64,000 nucleotides of DNA. It comes from an uncultured delta proteobacterium. Its GTDB lineage: Bacteria > Myxococcota_A > Polyangia > Polyangiales > Houyiibacteriaceae. The notes under the pieces were generated by a model. The model saw only the letters and a program-made list of their open reading frames with translations, ran no database searches and was not told the origin of the DNA. Shown here one piece after another: positions 54,454 to 63,878 of this stretch (its first letter is position 1; the number at the start of each line of letters is the position of its first letter). The translations under genes were made by a program, and so were the position numbers. The DNA lies in NCBI GenBank assembly GCA_963699755.1, contig CAVOVB010000001.1, positions 1,024,001 through 1,088,000 of the forward strand, given 5' to 3'.

Positions 54454-55333
54454 AGACCAGCCCTGCGGTGATTGCGAGACCTTCCACGTGACTTCCATCC
54501 AATCGCTGAATCATTGGAACCGCCGTAGTGAAGTGCAGCAGCACCTTCTCATGAGGCAGGCCGATTAGGCCAAAGGTTCCGTAAGTGACGTGACCGCCGG
54601 TGTTTGGGTCGCGAACTCCGCTGATGTAGCTTGGCTCGTCCAATCTGAGCTCGGCGCCCAACTGAAAAGCGAGAAAGTGCCAAGGCTGAAACTGCGCAAG
54701 CGCGGTTTGCCGGTAGCTGATCCCGACCCTCGTATCCGCGGTACCCTTGGTCGGAAAGATAGCGACCGATGAAACGTAGAGCGACCAGGGATCGTTGAAC
54801 ATCGTATACGAAGCGCCAGCGATCGGGTCCCAGGAGCCGGTGCCTGCCTGAAACTCCAAAGGAAGCGGGACGCCCTCTGCATCACGCTCGATCGAGCCGG
54901 TCGGGAACTCGATGCCGCCGATCAGGCTGACGAGATGTCGGGGCGCAAACTTGCGATCACGCCAGATGACCGCGCGGGCCCGAAACTCCAAATCACCCGG
55001 TGCCCAGATATCGGCCTGCGCGAGGTTGATCGCGCTCACCAAGCGGTGGACCAGCGGCATCATCAAGGAGAGCGTCCACCGGTCGCTTGGCGAATAGGCG
55101 CCGGCGAGCTCCATGCGCTGTTCAGCCAGCCTGACCTGGTCGACCTGAGCGTCGCCAATTCGATCGTTCCGATGGCGAATGGTGCCCGACGTGCGGACGC
55201 GTTGGCTCTTGGGTTGTTCGAAGCCGACGATGGTCAGGGTCGGATCACCAACGGCGCAAGTCCCGCACGCGGAAGCCTCCGCCGCAATCCAAGACGGCGC
55301 GAGCAGCACCGCGATCGCCCAACAACCCTTCAC
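54443..55333 (-). CDS. putative outer-membrane beta-barrel transporter with an N-terminal CxxC
   Basis: Signal peptide followed by CGTC. Motifs GDL, PTG and QAGTGSWD, with alternating beta-strand patterns ending in LVYEI. Confidence 0.7.
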   Translation of the reverse strand: MKGCWAIAVLLAPSWIAAEASACGTCAVGDPTLTIVGFEQPKSQRVRTSGTIRHRNDRIGDAQVDQVRLAEQRMELAGAYSPSDRWTLSLMMPLVHRLVSAINLAQADIWAPGDLEFRARAVIWRDRKFAPRHLVSLIGGIEFPTGSIERDAEGVPLPLEFQAGTGSWDPIAGASYTMFNDPWSLYVSSVAIFPTKGTADTRVGISYRQTALAQFQPWHFLAFQLGAELRLDEPSYISGVRDPNTGGHVTYGTFGLIGLPHEKVLLHFTTAVPMIQRLDGSHVEGLAITAGLVYEI

Positions 55334-55340
55334 CGGCCTT

Positions 55341-55385
55341 AGCTTAGGGAAGGAACCCCTCCGATCGTACGCGGCAAATCGTCGC
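55341..55385 (-). promoter_or_regulatory. RegA/RegR box and -10 element of the OMP-mbnPH operon
   Basis: GCGGC-AAATC-GTCGC at 55371-55385. TAAGCT (minus strand, 55341-55346) lies 7 nt before GTG 55333. Confidence 0.7.
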
Positions 55386-55391
55386 GGCGGC

Positions 55392-55967
55392 TCAGCGCGA
55401 CATGGGGAACTTCGACAGCTTACGTTGGAGCGAGCGACGATGAATTCCCAATCTTTCCGACGCCTTGGTGATGTTGCCCCCGCAGTCGGTCAGCACCCGC
55501 TGGATGTGCTCCCATTCGACCCTGGCCAAAGACGGCGTCTCGGGAGTGACGGTTTCTGAGGCCGTGCCCTCCGAATGGGTTCCGGCATCTCCCCGCTCGA
55601 ACGAAGCGATCACCTCATCGACGTCAGCGGGTTTGGTCAGATAGTGCCTCGCACCGAGGCGCACCGCTTCGAGCGCTGTAGCGATGCTCCCGTAGCCGGT
55701 CAGCACCACGATCTTGGTCGCTGGATCGATCCGGTGGAGCTCGCGCACGACCTCCAAACCCGACTTCCCCGGCATACGGAGATCGACCACGGCGTACTCG
55801 GTGCTCTCCTGCTGAGCGACTGCCACCGCACGATCGTAGCCATCGGCTTCTTGTGCTTCGTAGCCGCGCTCCTCGAAGGCACGGGCCATCCGCGACCGGA
55901 GTCGCTCGTCATCATCGACGAGCAGAATCGAAGGCTTTGGGTTGCTGCGGTCTTGGGCGTCGGTCAT
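55392..55967 (-). CDS. regA: RegA/PrrA/ActR-family response regulator
   Basis: REC domain (VDDD, VVDLRM, LTGYGSIATA, YLTKP) and a Fis-like HTH WEHIQRVL…GNIT..S.RLGIHRRSLQRKL. Confidence 0.92.
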   Translation of the reverse strand: MTDAQDRSNPKPSILLVDDDERLRSRMARAFEERGYEAQEADGYDRAVAVAQQESTEYAVVDLRMPGKSGLEVVRELHRIDPATKIVVLTGYGSIATALEAVRLGARHYLTKPADVDEVIASFERGDAGTHSEGTASETVTPETPSLARVEWEHIQRVLTDCGGNITKASERLGIHRRSLQRKLSKFPMSR

Positions 55968-57205
55968 GAGCGCTGTGGAAGCACGACCCGGATCGTCGTA
56001 CCTCGGCCGCTAGCGGACTCGATCGTCAGCTGGCCGTGCAGGGAGTCTACGAGCGTTCGTGCGAGGAACAAGCCCAGGCCCATCCGGTCACCGGTGTTCT
56101 TCGTAGTGAAGAACGGCTCTGTTGCGCGTGCGACTGCCAACTCGTCCATGCCCTTGCCTTCGTCGACGAAGCAAAGCTCGATGCCTCGATCGGCCTTCCG
56201 CACCTCAAGTGAAATGCGCCCGGTGTCACAGGCATCGAAACCGTTGCGTGCGATGTTCTCGACCATCTGCACGAGGGCGGCCCCGGGTGCCTCAACATAG
56301 GCAACCTCAGTCGAGGTGACCCAGCGTTCTGATTGCTCCGGGCTCAGGCGCGCGCGCACTTGCGCGAACAGCGCCTCGACCGAGATCGAGCTCAGCGCCT
56401 CGCCCACGTGCTCGCCGCCTGCCGCCGCCATGCGGCCGAGGACCAGGCGGCATCGCTCGAGCTCTTCGCGAATCAGCTTCGCATCCTCGACCAGCCCCTC
56501 ACAGCCCGGAACCTTTCGAGCTTGACGTTCCATCTCCTTGGCGGCGACCGCGATCGTGCCGAGCGGCGTGCCGAGCTCGTGCGCCGCACCAGCCGCCAAG
56601 GTCGCAATCGAGGCAAGCTTTCCCCAGCGGTGCGTCCGCTCTTCGGCCTCGGCAAGCGCCCGCTCACGCCTGCGGAGCTCCAAAGACAGCTGGCTCACGA
56701 AATAGGTGATGAGCGCCACCGCTAGAACCAAGGCGATGAACATCCCGTACAGATGGGCTTGAAACCCACCACTTTGTTCGGCATGGCCCAGGTGCTCACT
56801 CGGCACGTGAGCCACGAACAGCGTTGCGAACGACACGATCGAGAGCCCGGCGATCGTCCAGGTCCAGGTCGGCGCGAGCATCACCGCGGACATCGCGATG
56901 TAAACGACGTAGATGACACTGAACGGGTTGGTCGGGCCACCTGAGAGGTAGAGCAGGCCCGAGAGGAGCGCGACGTCCAAAACGAGGAACGCGCCTAGAT
57001 GACCTGCATCAGCCTTGCGCGACGCCAGCCAGACGTTTGAAAGGGCGCCCACGGCCACCAGCGACCACATCGGAACGAGGGGAAGGGCAACCCCGAGGCC
57101 CTCTGCGGCGATTAGAATGGCAGTCGCTTGAATGGCGAGCGCTCCCCAGCGCATCCTCGACAGCCATTGCGCACCGGTTTCCGACGCTCGTTCTTCGCCG
57201 CTCAC
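55964..57205 (-). CDS. regB: RegB/PrrB-family membrane sensor kinase
   Basis: Six TMs, the quinone-binding motif GGPTNPF, H-box AAHELGTPL, a redox Cys in ERCR and G-box GMGLGLF-like RMGLGLF. Confidence 0.9.
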   Translation of the reverse strand: MSGEERASETGAQWLSRMRWGALAIQATAILIAAEGLGVALPLVPMWSLVAVGALSNVWLASRKADAGHLGAFLVLDVALLSGLLYLSGGPTNPFSVIYVVYIAMSAVMLAPTWTWTIAGLSIVSFATLFVAHVPSEHLGHAEQSGGFQAHLYGMFIALVLAVALITYFVSQLSLELRRRERALAEAEERTHRWGKLASIATLAAGAAHELGTPLGTIAVAAKEMERQARKVPGCEGLVEDAKLIREELERCRLVLGRMAAAGGEHVGEALSSISVEALFAQVRARLSPEQSERWVTSTEVAYVEAPGAALVQMVENIARNGFDACDTGRISLEVRKADRGIELCFVDEGKGMDELAVARATEPFFTTKNTGDRMGLGLFLARTLVDSLHGQLTIESASGRGTTIRVVLPQRS

Positions 57206-59043
57206 GACTCGGATTGAGCTTCGTTGGCCGAGTCCAATTCAACGTTGCCGTACATCGCTTCGGCGATCTTGTAGGCGCTCAGCTCGAGGGTCTCGAGGGC
57301 GTCTTTGATGGCGATCGCGTCGCCTTCGTTCACGGAATAGTGCAAGGCCTCGATGTCGGCCTCGACCTGAGCCACGACCTCTTCGGGAACCAGTTCGCGG
57401 CATTCCGCAACCGCCCGCTCGCTCGTGTAGAGCAGTGCTTCAGCCGCATTGCGGAGCTCGGCGAGCTCGCGACGCTTCTGGTCGGTCGTCCTGTACGCGT
57501 CGGCTTCTTCGATGATGCGCTCGATGTCTTTTTCGGTGAGGCCGCTCGATGCAACGACGCGGATGTTCTGCTCACGGCTGGTTCCGAGATCCTTGGCGCT
57601 CACGTTCACTACGCCGTCGGCGTCGATGTCGAAGGTCACTTCGATTTCCGGAACACCTCGCGGTGCAGGCAGGATCGGCGCAAGCTCGAACTTTGCCAAG
57701 GACTTGTTGTCCGCTGCCATCTCGCGCTCGCCCTGCAATACGTGAATCGGCACGAAGGACTGGTTGTCGACGCTGGTTGTGAACACCTCTTTGGCGCGGG
57801 TGGGCACCGTGGTGTTCCGCGGGATCAGCTTGTAGAACACGCCGCCGCCGGTTTCGACACCGAGGCTCAGGGGCGTCACGTCGAGCAGCAGAACCTCTTC
57901 GACCTCCCCAGCAAGCGCAGCGCCTTGCAGGGCGGCGCCCATCGCCACCACTTCGTCCGGATTCACCCCCTTGTAGGGCGCCTTTCCGAAGAAATCCTTC
58001 ACCTTCGACTGGACCAGGGGCATGCGCGTTTGACCACCCACCAAGAGTATTTCGTCGATATCTTCCGTCTTGACGCCCGCGTCCTCCAGAGCCTGTTTGC
58101 AGGGCCCGAGCGTCCTGTCGATGATTTCCGACACCAGGATCTCGAGCTCACTCCGCTTGAGCTTGGTTTCGAGATGCTTCGGGCCCGATTCGTCGGACGC
58201 GATGAACGGAAGGTTGATTTCCGTCTCGAACGAAGAGGAGAGCTCGTGCTTCGCCTTCTCGGCCTGCTCTTTGAGGCGCTGAAGCGCGACGCGATCACCG
58301 TGCAAATCGATTCCGCTGCTCTCTTCGAAGCGCCGAGCCAGCTCTTCGACCAGGGCGTTGTCGAGGTCTTCGCCGCCGAGGTGGGTGTCGCCCGCGGTCG
58401 ACTTCACGCTGAAGACGCCGTTGGCGATCTCGAGGATTGAAATATCGAAGGTGCCGCCGCCCAAATCGTACACGGCAACGCGCTTGCCTTCCTTCTCTTC
58501 GAAGCCATACGCAAGTGCTGCCGCAGTCGGCTCGTTGATGATTCGGCGAACTTCGAGGCCTGCGATCTTGCCTGCCGCAATCGTCGCAGAGCGCTGCGCG
58601 TCATTGAAGTACGCGGGCACCGTCACGATCGCTTCTTGGACATCCTCCCCGAGGAACGACTCCGCGACCTCACGCATCTTTTCGAGGATCATGGCGGAGA
58701 TTTCCGGCGGCGAGTATCGATGACCGTGCGCTTGGATCCAGGCGTCCCCGCCCTCGTTCTCGACGACCTCGTAAGGCACTGCGCGCTTGTGCCTCTGCGC
58801 GGGCTCGGCTTGGAACGGAAGTCCCATCAGTCGCTTAATGGCGAAGATCGTGCTCTGAGGATTGGTCACGCCCTGGCGCTTGGCCACGCTGCCCACGCGC
58901 CGCTCGCCGTCCTTCGCAAAAGAGACCACCGAAGGTGTCGTGCGGCTCCCCTCGGCATTCGGAATGACCTGCGGCTCCCCGTTGTCGACGAACGCAACAC
59001 AGGAGTTGGTCGTGCCCAGATCGATCCCGATGATTTTCCCCAT
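57202..59043 (-). CDS. dnaK: molecular chaperone DnaK
   Basis: Motifs [33 protein letters not shown] and VGGQTRMP. Confidence 0.97.
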   Translation of the reverse strand: MGKIIGIDLGTTNSCVAFVDNGEPQVIPNAEGSRTTPSVVSFAKDGERRVGSVAKRQGVTNPQSTIFAIKRLMGLPFQAEPAQRHKRAVPYEVVENEGGDAWIQAHGHRYSPPEISAMILEKMREVAESFLGEDVQEAIVTVPAYFNDAQRSATIAAGKIAGLEVRRIINEPTAAALAYGFEEKEGKRVAVYDLGGGTFDISILEIANGVFSVKSTAGDTHLGGEDLDNALVEELARRFEESSGIDLHGDRVALQRLKEQAEKAKHELSSSFETEINLPFIASDESGPKHLETKLKRSELEILVSEIIDRTLGPCKQALEDAGVKTEDIDEILLVGGQTRMPLVQSKVKDFFGKAPYKGVNPDEVVAMGAALQGAALAGEVEEVLLLDVTPLSLGVETGGGVFYKLIPRNTTVPTRAKEVFTTSVDNQSFVPIHVLQGEREMAADNKSLAKFELAPILPAPRGVPEIEVTFDIDADGVVNVSAKDLGTSREQNIRVVASSGLTEKDIERIIEEADAYRTTDQKRRELAELRNAAEALLYTSERAVAECRELVPEEVVAQVEADIEALHYSVNEGDAIAIKDALETLELSAYKIAEAMYGNVELDSANEAQSES

Positions 59044-59099
59044 CTCGCCCTAGTCCCCTTTATACTCCGACCTCGAGGCTTGTCGCAGCAAACCTGCGA

Positions 59100-59723
59100 T
59101 CACCCATCGTGCTGGTCGCCTTCCGCGGATGGGGAGCCGCCTCCTTCGTCCGTGCCGCTCGGCGGCTTGGCCACCACCACCATGGCCGGCCGCAAGAGAC
59201 GGTCTCCGAGGAAGTAGCCTGGAACGATCTCGGTCACGATGGTGCCTGGCGCATGCTCGTTGGTCTCTTCCTGCTGCATGGCGTCGTGGCAAGTCGGGTC
59301 GAATTGTTGCCCAACGGTCGGGACGCGCTTGAGCCCCAATCGTTGGGCAATGTCCTCGAAGCCGCGCAGCACCATGCGGACGCCCTCGGAGACTGCCGAA
59401 ACCTCAGTGGCGCCCGCCATCGCGTCCGCTGCCCGTTCGAGATTGTCGACGATCGGTAAAACCTCGCGGAGCGTGTCCTCGATGCTTCGGCGGCGAACCT
59501 CTTCGATCTCCTTGCGCGATCGCTTGCGAAAATTGTCGAAGTCGGCGGCAATCCGAAGGAGCTGATCGCGCATTCGGTCGCGTTCTGCCTGCGCCTTCTC
59601 GAGGTCGCTGGTCTCGGCTGCTCCCTCTTTGGCCGCCTCTTCCTCCGGAAAAATGACCTCATCGTCTTCGCCAGCGCCGTTGGTCTGCTCGTCTTCCGGT
59701 TTGTCCCCCGCGTGTTCGCTCAT
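59100..59723 (-). CDS. grpE: nucleotide exchange factor GrpE
   Basis: Motifs ADFDNFRKR, LPIVDNLERA, FDP..H.A and GY…RLLRPAMVVV. Confidence 0.95.
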   Translation of the reverse strand: MSEHAGDKPEDEQTNGAGEDDEVIFPEEEAAKEGAAETSDLEKAQAERDRMRDQLLRIAADFDNFRKRSRKEIEEVRRRSIEDTLREVLPIVDNLERAADAMAGATEVSAVSEGVRMVLRGFEDIAQRLGLKRVPTVGQQFDPTCHDAMQQEETNEHAPGTIVTEIVPGYFLGDRLLRPAMVVVAKPPSGTDEGGGSPSAEGDQHDG

Positions 59724-59741
59724 TCCCCCAACCGTCTTTCT

Positions 59742-60800
59742 CTAGGAGCCCTTGGATCTGCCTGGCAGCCTTCCATCGAGGACGTCGCTTAGCACATCGG
59801 CTGCAAATCCTACCAAAGGTACGTATTTCTTGTAGTCCATGCGTGTGGGACCCACGATGCCAAACGAGCCAACCGGGGTCCCATCCCGGCGATACGGGCT
59901 CGAAATGACGCTGATGTCGTTCACGTCGTCGAGGGCCGCCTCCGAGCCGATGAAGACCTGAACGCCATCGGTGAGCAAGGTCTGTTCGAGCAGCTCGAGA
60001 AGCTTCTGCTTTTCCTCGAAGGCGCTCAGGTATCGGCGGATCTTCTCCGCATCGCCGAATTCCGGGCGATCGAATAGAGCACCCTGGCCTTCGATGACCA
60101 CCTGGGTTCGTTCCGGCTCGCCTCCGACCGTGGCCTCGACCATCTGCTGGGCCTGCTCACGCAAGACCTGATACTGGCTTTCTTCGGTGGCGAGGCGCAC
60201 GGCAAGCAGATCTCGGACCTCCTCGAGTGTCCGACCGCCGACCAGCTCAGCCAGGTAATTGTTCACGCGCTCGAGGCTTTGGTCGTCCACTGCGAGCTCT
60301 GTCACGACCACTCGATTTTCGACCGTGCCACTCCGCGTCACCAGTACCGCGAGTGTCCGTCCCTCGGCGAGCCGCATGAAGCGCAATTGATCGAGGCTCG
60401 TTTTCGCGACCTGCGCTCGCGCGATGATCGCCGCCGTCCCAGTGAGGCGGCTCAGAAGCTGCCCTGTTTCACGTACCGCGTCGGCACCAGGCTCCAAGCT
60501 CTGAAGCCGTCGGATCAACGCGGTCCGGTGTGCGCCGGAGATCTCCCCGGCGCTGGCCATCGCATCGACGAAGCGTCGAAACCCCGCATCGGTCGGGACA
60601 CGGCCCGCACTGGTGTGTGGCTGGTGCAGAAGCTCGGCTTCTTCCAAATCTGCGAGCACGTTCCGGATCGTCGCTGGTGACAGTTGAATGGCATAGCGCT
60701 TCGCGATACGTCGCGAGCTCACGGCCTTTCCCGACGCGATGTACTCGGTCACGACCGCGAACAGGATTCGGCGATGCCGCTCGTCCAAGGTGATTGTCAC
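59742..60800 (-). CDS. hrcA: heat-inducible transcription repressor HrcA
   Basis: Motifs SPATIRN, QPHTSAGRVPT and GPTRMDY. GTG 60800 chosen; the track ORF is over-extended upstream. Confidence 0.95.
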   Translation of the reverse strand: MTITLDERHRRILFAVVTEYIASGKAVSSRRIAKRYAIQLSPATIRNVLADLEEAELLHQPHTSAGRVPTDAGFRRFVDAMASAGEISGAHRTALIRRLQSLEPGADAVRETGQLLSRLTGTAAIIARAQVAKTSLDQLRFMRLAEGRTLAVLVTRSGTVENRVVVTELAVDDQSLERVNNYLAELVGGRTLEEVRDLLAVRLATEESQYQVLREQAQQMVEATVGGEPERTQVVIEGQGALFDRPEFGDAEKIRRYLSAFEEKQKLLELLEQTLLTDGVQVFIGSEAALDDVNDISVISSPYRRDGTPVGSFGIVGPTRMDYKKYVPLVGFAADVLSDVLDGRLPGRSKGS

Positions 60801-60810
60801 ACTCTCACAG

Positions 60811-60858
60811 AAAGTAGAAGCTGCAGGGGTTCTGTCAAGCCCGCGAAACTGGACAGAA
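60811..60858 (-). promoter_or_regulatory. hrcA promoter with an overlapping 10-N9-10 inverted repeat
   Basis: Minus strand TTGACA-N16-TACTTT. TTCTGTCAAG-N9-CTGGACAGAA at 60830-60858. Confidence 0.6.
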
Positions 60859-60896
60859 AATTGCAAACCAGACCCGGATTGAGGCAGGCTCGGCAC

Positions 60897-61181
60897 GTGA
60901 GAGCAGGCGCTGAGCTTCTTCCGTTCGCCCTGATGGTGATGGCCGTCATGACGGTCCCCACGCTGGTCCTCGACGAGCAGGGTCTGCCCCGCTATCGGCA
61001 CCTCCGCGAAGAGCTTCAGGAGCTGCGCGCATCCAACGAGGAGCTGGTCCAGGAGATCGCCATCCTCAAGGGCCAGATCGATGCTCTCCGCAGCGATCCA
61101 AACTATGTCGAACGAATTGCCCGGGACGAGCTGGGGATGGTTCGGGCCGAGGAGTTCGTATTCCAGTTCCCCCCGCCCTAG
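60897..61181 (+). CDS. ftsB: FtsB/DivIC septum formation initiator
   Basis: One TM, a coiled coil and ERIARDELGMV..EE. Confidence 0.85.
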   Translation: MRAGAELLPFALMVMAVMTVPTLVLDEQGLPRYRHLREELQELRASNEELVQEIAILKGQIDALRSDPNYVERIARDELGMVRAEEFVFQFPPP

Positions 61182-61246
61182 GTAGGCGGATTTCCCACAT
61201 TCGAGCCAATTTCTTGCTGAACGGATGCTTCGGGGCGTAACAGCGA

Positions 61247-63340
61247 GTGGGTATGACGGCCCTCGTCCAGGCAGCGCTTCGCGCAAGGCGGACCGCGCGG
61301 TCGACATGGGGAGCGGCGGCCGGCTTCCTGCTCGGCGCGTTCTTGCTAGCGGGTTTCTTTCTTCCCGAGCGCCATGGTTGGGGATGGGGACATCTGGCCT
61401 GGTTTGTGAGCTGGTTGTTGCTTTTCGGACATCGCGCTCGGAGCGCCTATCCAGAAGGCACGAACCCGAAGTCGGCGTTCGAGCTGGGCGTCCTGCTGCT
61501 CGTGGGCGTGCATGCCTTGATTCAGTTTCGTGGCGGGGTTGCCAGTGAGCTCTATCCGTTGAGCTATGTCGCCGTCGCGCTCGTGGCCGCGTTCGCCACG
61601 GGTCGGGCAGGCGTTGGGGTCGTGCTCTTCGCACTCGCGCTAGGATTCGCAGTCGCAGTCCTCGGCGAGCACGTTCGCGATCCCCTGCGCCTCGGCTTCA
61701 ACGCGCTCTTCACCGTAGGCTTTGGGGCGCTCAGCTATCTGTTCACGCGCGCCGAGATCGTTCGTGTGCGCCGCAAGTCCGCGCTCGAGCTCGAAGCACA
61801 GAAGGAAAAGGTCCGCGACGACACGCGACTCTTTCGTTTGGTTGCGCCCTCGTCGGGCGTGGCGAGGGACGAGGATCGCCTCTATCAAACCAGCGTCCAA
61901 GAGGTTCGCCAAGCGCTCTACCACGCTCTGCAGTTGCTCCACCAGACGCTGGACCTCCACACCTGCGTGCTGCTGATGCCAACGGGCGAAGAGGACGAGC
62001 TTACCATCGTCGAATCGGTCTCGGAGAGTGACGACCTTGCGGACGGCCCGTTTTCCCTCGGCGCGGGCGCGGTCGGAGCGGCCGTTCGCCGAAAGTTGAC
62101 CACCAACCTTCAACAGATTCGGCCCGGATACGCGGGCATTTGTTACTATCGGGGCCCAGCACCGATCCGTGCGTTCATCGCGGTGCCCGTCCTCGAGCGA
62201 GGCCATCTCCGGGCTGTCCTTTGCGCCGATCGCGTCGTCGACCGAGGCTTCAGCCCCGAGGAAGAGCAACTGCTCCGCGACAGCACCTCCCACGTCCTGC
62301 GTGCGTTCGAGAACGAACGCGTCTTCATGCAACTCGAGCGCTCGAAACTAGAGCAGGAAATCCTCTATCGGGTCTCCCAAGACCTCAGCACCGCACGGAC
62401 ACAAGACGCCGTCATGGAAGTGGGCCTCAAAGCGGCGCGAGAAATCGCGCCACACGACTTCGCCGCAGTGACCGAATACCAAGCGGAGGGCAGGCGCCAC
62501 AGCGTGCGACGCGCTTCGGGTGAGCGCGCGCTCGACTTTCAAGGCCTTCGCTTTCGCGACAACACTTCGCTCACGGCGATGGTCGTCAAGAACCGACACT
62601 ACCTGCCGTACCGTGGCGACTTCGATCCCAAACAGCAGGTGCTCTTCACCAAGAAGGCCAAGCTCAAAGGGATGGAGTCGCTTCTGGTTCTGCCATTGGT
62701 GGTGCGCGAGGAACCCATCGGTACGCTGATCGTTGCGGCCAAAGCGCCCGGCGCATTCGGAGCCCCGGTGCGCGCGACGCTGCAAGCGCTTTCGAACCAC
62801 CTCGCCGTTGCGATGGCCAACGCGCGGCTCGTTCGCCAACTCGAGGAGCTCGCCACGACCGACGGGCTGACCGGCTGCTTGAACAAGCGCGCGTTTCTCG
62901 ACCAGATGGAGCAGAAGCTTCTTGCAGCGCAGCGATTCGGCCGAAAGCTCTCCGTCATCGTGACCGACCTCGACCACTTCAAGGCCGTCAACGACACCTA
63001 CGGCCACGCAGCGGGTGACCGGGTTCTTCAAGAGCTCGGCCAGGTGCTCAGGCGGGTCAAACGGGAGACCGACCTCGTGGCGCGATTTGGCGGGGAAGAG
63101 TTTTGCGTGCTCTGCGAAGAAACCGACTCGCGCGGCGCTCAACTTCTCGCGGAGCGCGTTCGGGAAGAGCTGGCGGGCACCGAGCTCCAAACCGAGCTCG
63201 GCCCATTGAGGGTGACGGCCTCGCTTGGCGTCGCGACCTTCCCAGACCACGCATCGACCGCGCCGGATCTGTTCGCGCAGGGCGACAAGGCGCTCTACGA
63301 AGCAAAGCACCGCGGCCGCAACCGGGTCTGCACCGTCTAG
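61247..63340 (+). CDS. membrane-anchored GAF-GAF-GGDEF diguanylate cyclase
   Basis: About six N-terminal TMs and two GAF-like regions. Motifs DGLTG, DLDHFKAVND.YGH and GGEEF, with I-site RETD. The start may be ATG 61253. Confidence 0.92.
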   Translation: MGMTALVQAALRARRTARSTWGAAAGFLLGAFLLAGFFLPERHGWGWGHLAWFVSWLLLFGHRARSAYPEGTNPKSAFELGVLLLVGVHALIQFRGGVASELYPLSYVAVALVAAFATGRAGVGVVLFALALGFAVAVLGEHVRDPLRLGFNALFTVGFGALSYLFTRAEIVRVRRKSALELEAQKEKVRDDTRLFRLVAPSSGVARDEDRLYQTSVQEVRQALYHALQLLHQTLDLHTCVLLMPTGEEDELTIVESVSESDDLADGPFSLGAGAVGAAVRRKLTTNLQQIRPGYAGICYYRGPAPIRAFIAVPVLERGHLRAVLCADRVVDRGFSPEEEQLLRDSTSHVLRAFENERVFMQLERSKLEQEILYRVSQDLSTARTQDAVMEVGLKAAREIAPHDFAAVTEYQAEGRRHSVRRASGERALDFQGLRFRDNTSLTAMVVKNRHYLPYRGDFDPKQQVLFTKKAKLKGMESLLVLPLVVREEPIGTLIVAAKAPGAFGAPVRATLQALSNHLAVAMANARLVRQLEELATTDGLTGCLNKRAFLDQMEQKLLAAQRFGRKLSVIVTDLDHFKAVNDTYGHAAGDRVLQELGQVLRRVKRETDLVARFGGEEFCVLCEETDSRGAQLLAERVREELAGTELQTELGPLRVTASLGVATFPDHASTAPDLFAQGDKALYEAKHRGRNRVCTV

Positions 63341-63362
63341 TCGGCTCCGGACGCTCAGCGCT

Positions 63363-63857
63363 TCAGGCGCGCTTGCGTTCGAGTGTTTCCGGGTCGAGCA
63401 TCCACTGGAAGCAGCCATTTGCTTCCGGACCTGCTTCGACGCTCAGCAGGCAAGCCGAGGCCGGTAGAAATGAAGGGGCCGTGGTGAGCCGGCCGAGGTG
63501 GGCAGCAAGCAGGCCTATCTTGGGCATGTGAGAGACCATGACGATGAGCTCGTCATCCTCGGCATCTTCGAACGGTTCGAGTACCTGCGCCATGGTGCCC
63601 TCTTCGGTCGAGAGCGCGCTCAGCACTTCGACGGGACCGTTGAAGCTGGGCTGGCTAGCGGCCAGCAGCTCGGCGGTTTGGACCGCGCGCACCAGCGGAC
63701 TCGTGTAGATACGCGAGTATCGCAGCTCCCACTTCACGAGCGCCTCGCCGACCAGAGACATCGTTTCCCGACCGTCCTTGGTCAGCCAGCGCTCGTAGTC
63801 GGTTTGCGCAGAGCGCGTATCGACCGCCTTTGCATGCCGCACCAACAGAATCTGCAT
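63363..63857 (-). CDS. sixA: phosphohistidine phosphatase SixA-like
   Basis: Motifs RHAKA, R.LT..G, SPLVRAVQTA and SHMP. Confidence 0.85.
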   Translation of the reverse strand: MQILLVRHAKAVDTRSAQTDYERWLTKDGRETMSLVGEALVKWELRYSRIYTSPLVRAVQTAELLAASQPSFNGPVEVLSALSTEEGTMAQVLEPFEDAEDDELIVMVSHMPKIGLLAAHLGRLTTAPSFLPASACLLSVEAGPEANGCFQWMLDPETLERKRA

Positions 63858-63878
63858 GGTCGGAGCTTGGCACGCTGG

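Noticed and set aside
57037..58440. 467-aa plus-strand ORF
   Set aside because: It is the familiar antisense open frame opposite dnaK, a codon-bias artefact often mis-annotated as a dehydrogenase.
60801..61634. N-terminal extension of the 630-aa hrcA ORF
   Set aside because: It overlaps ftsB and the GGDEF gene on the other strand. HrcA homology and a promoter both point to GTG 60800.
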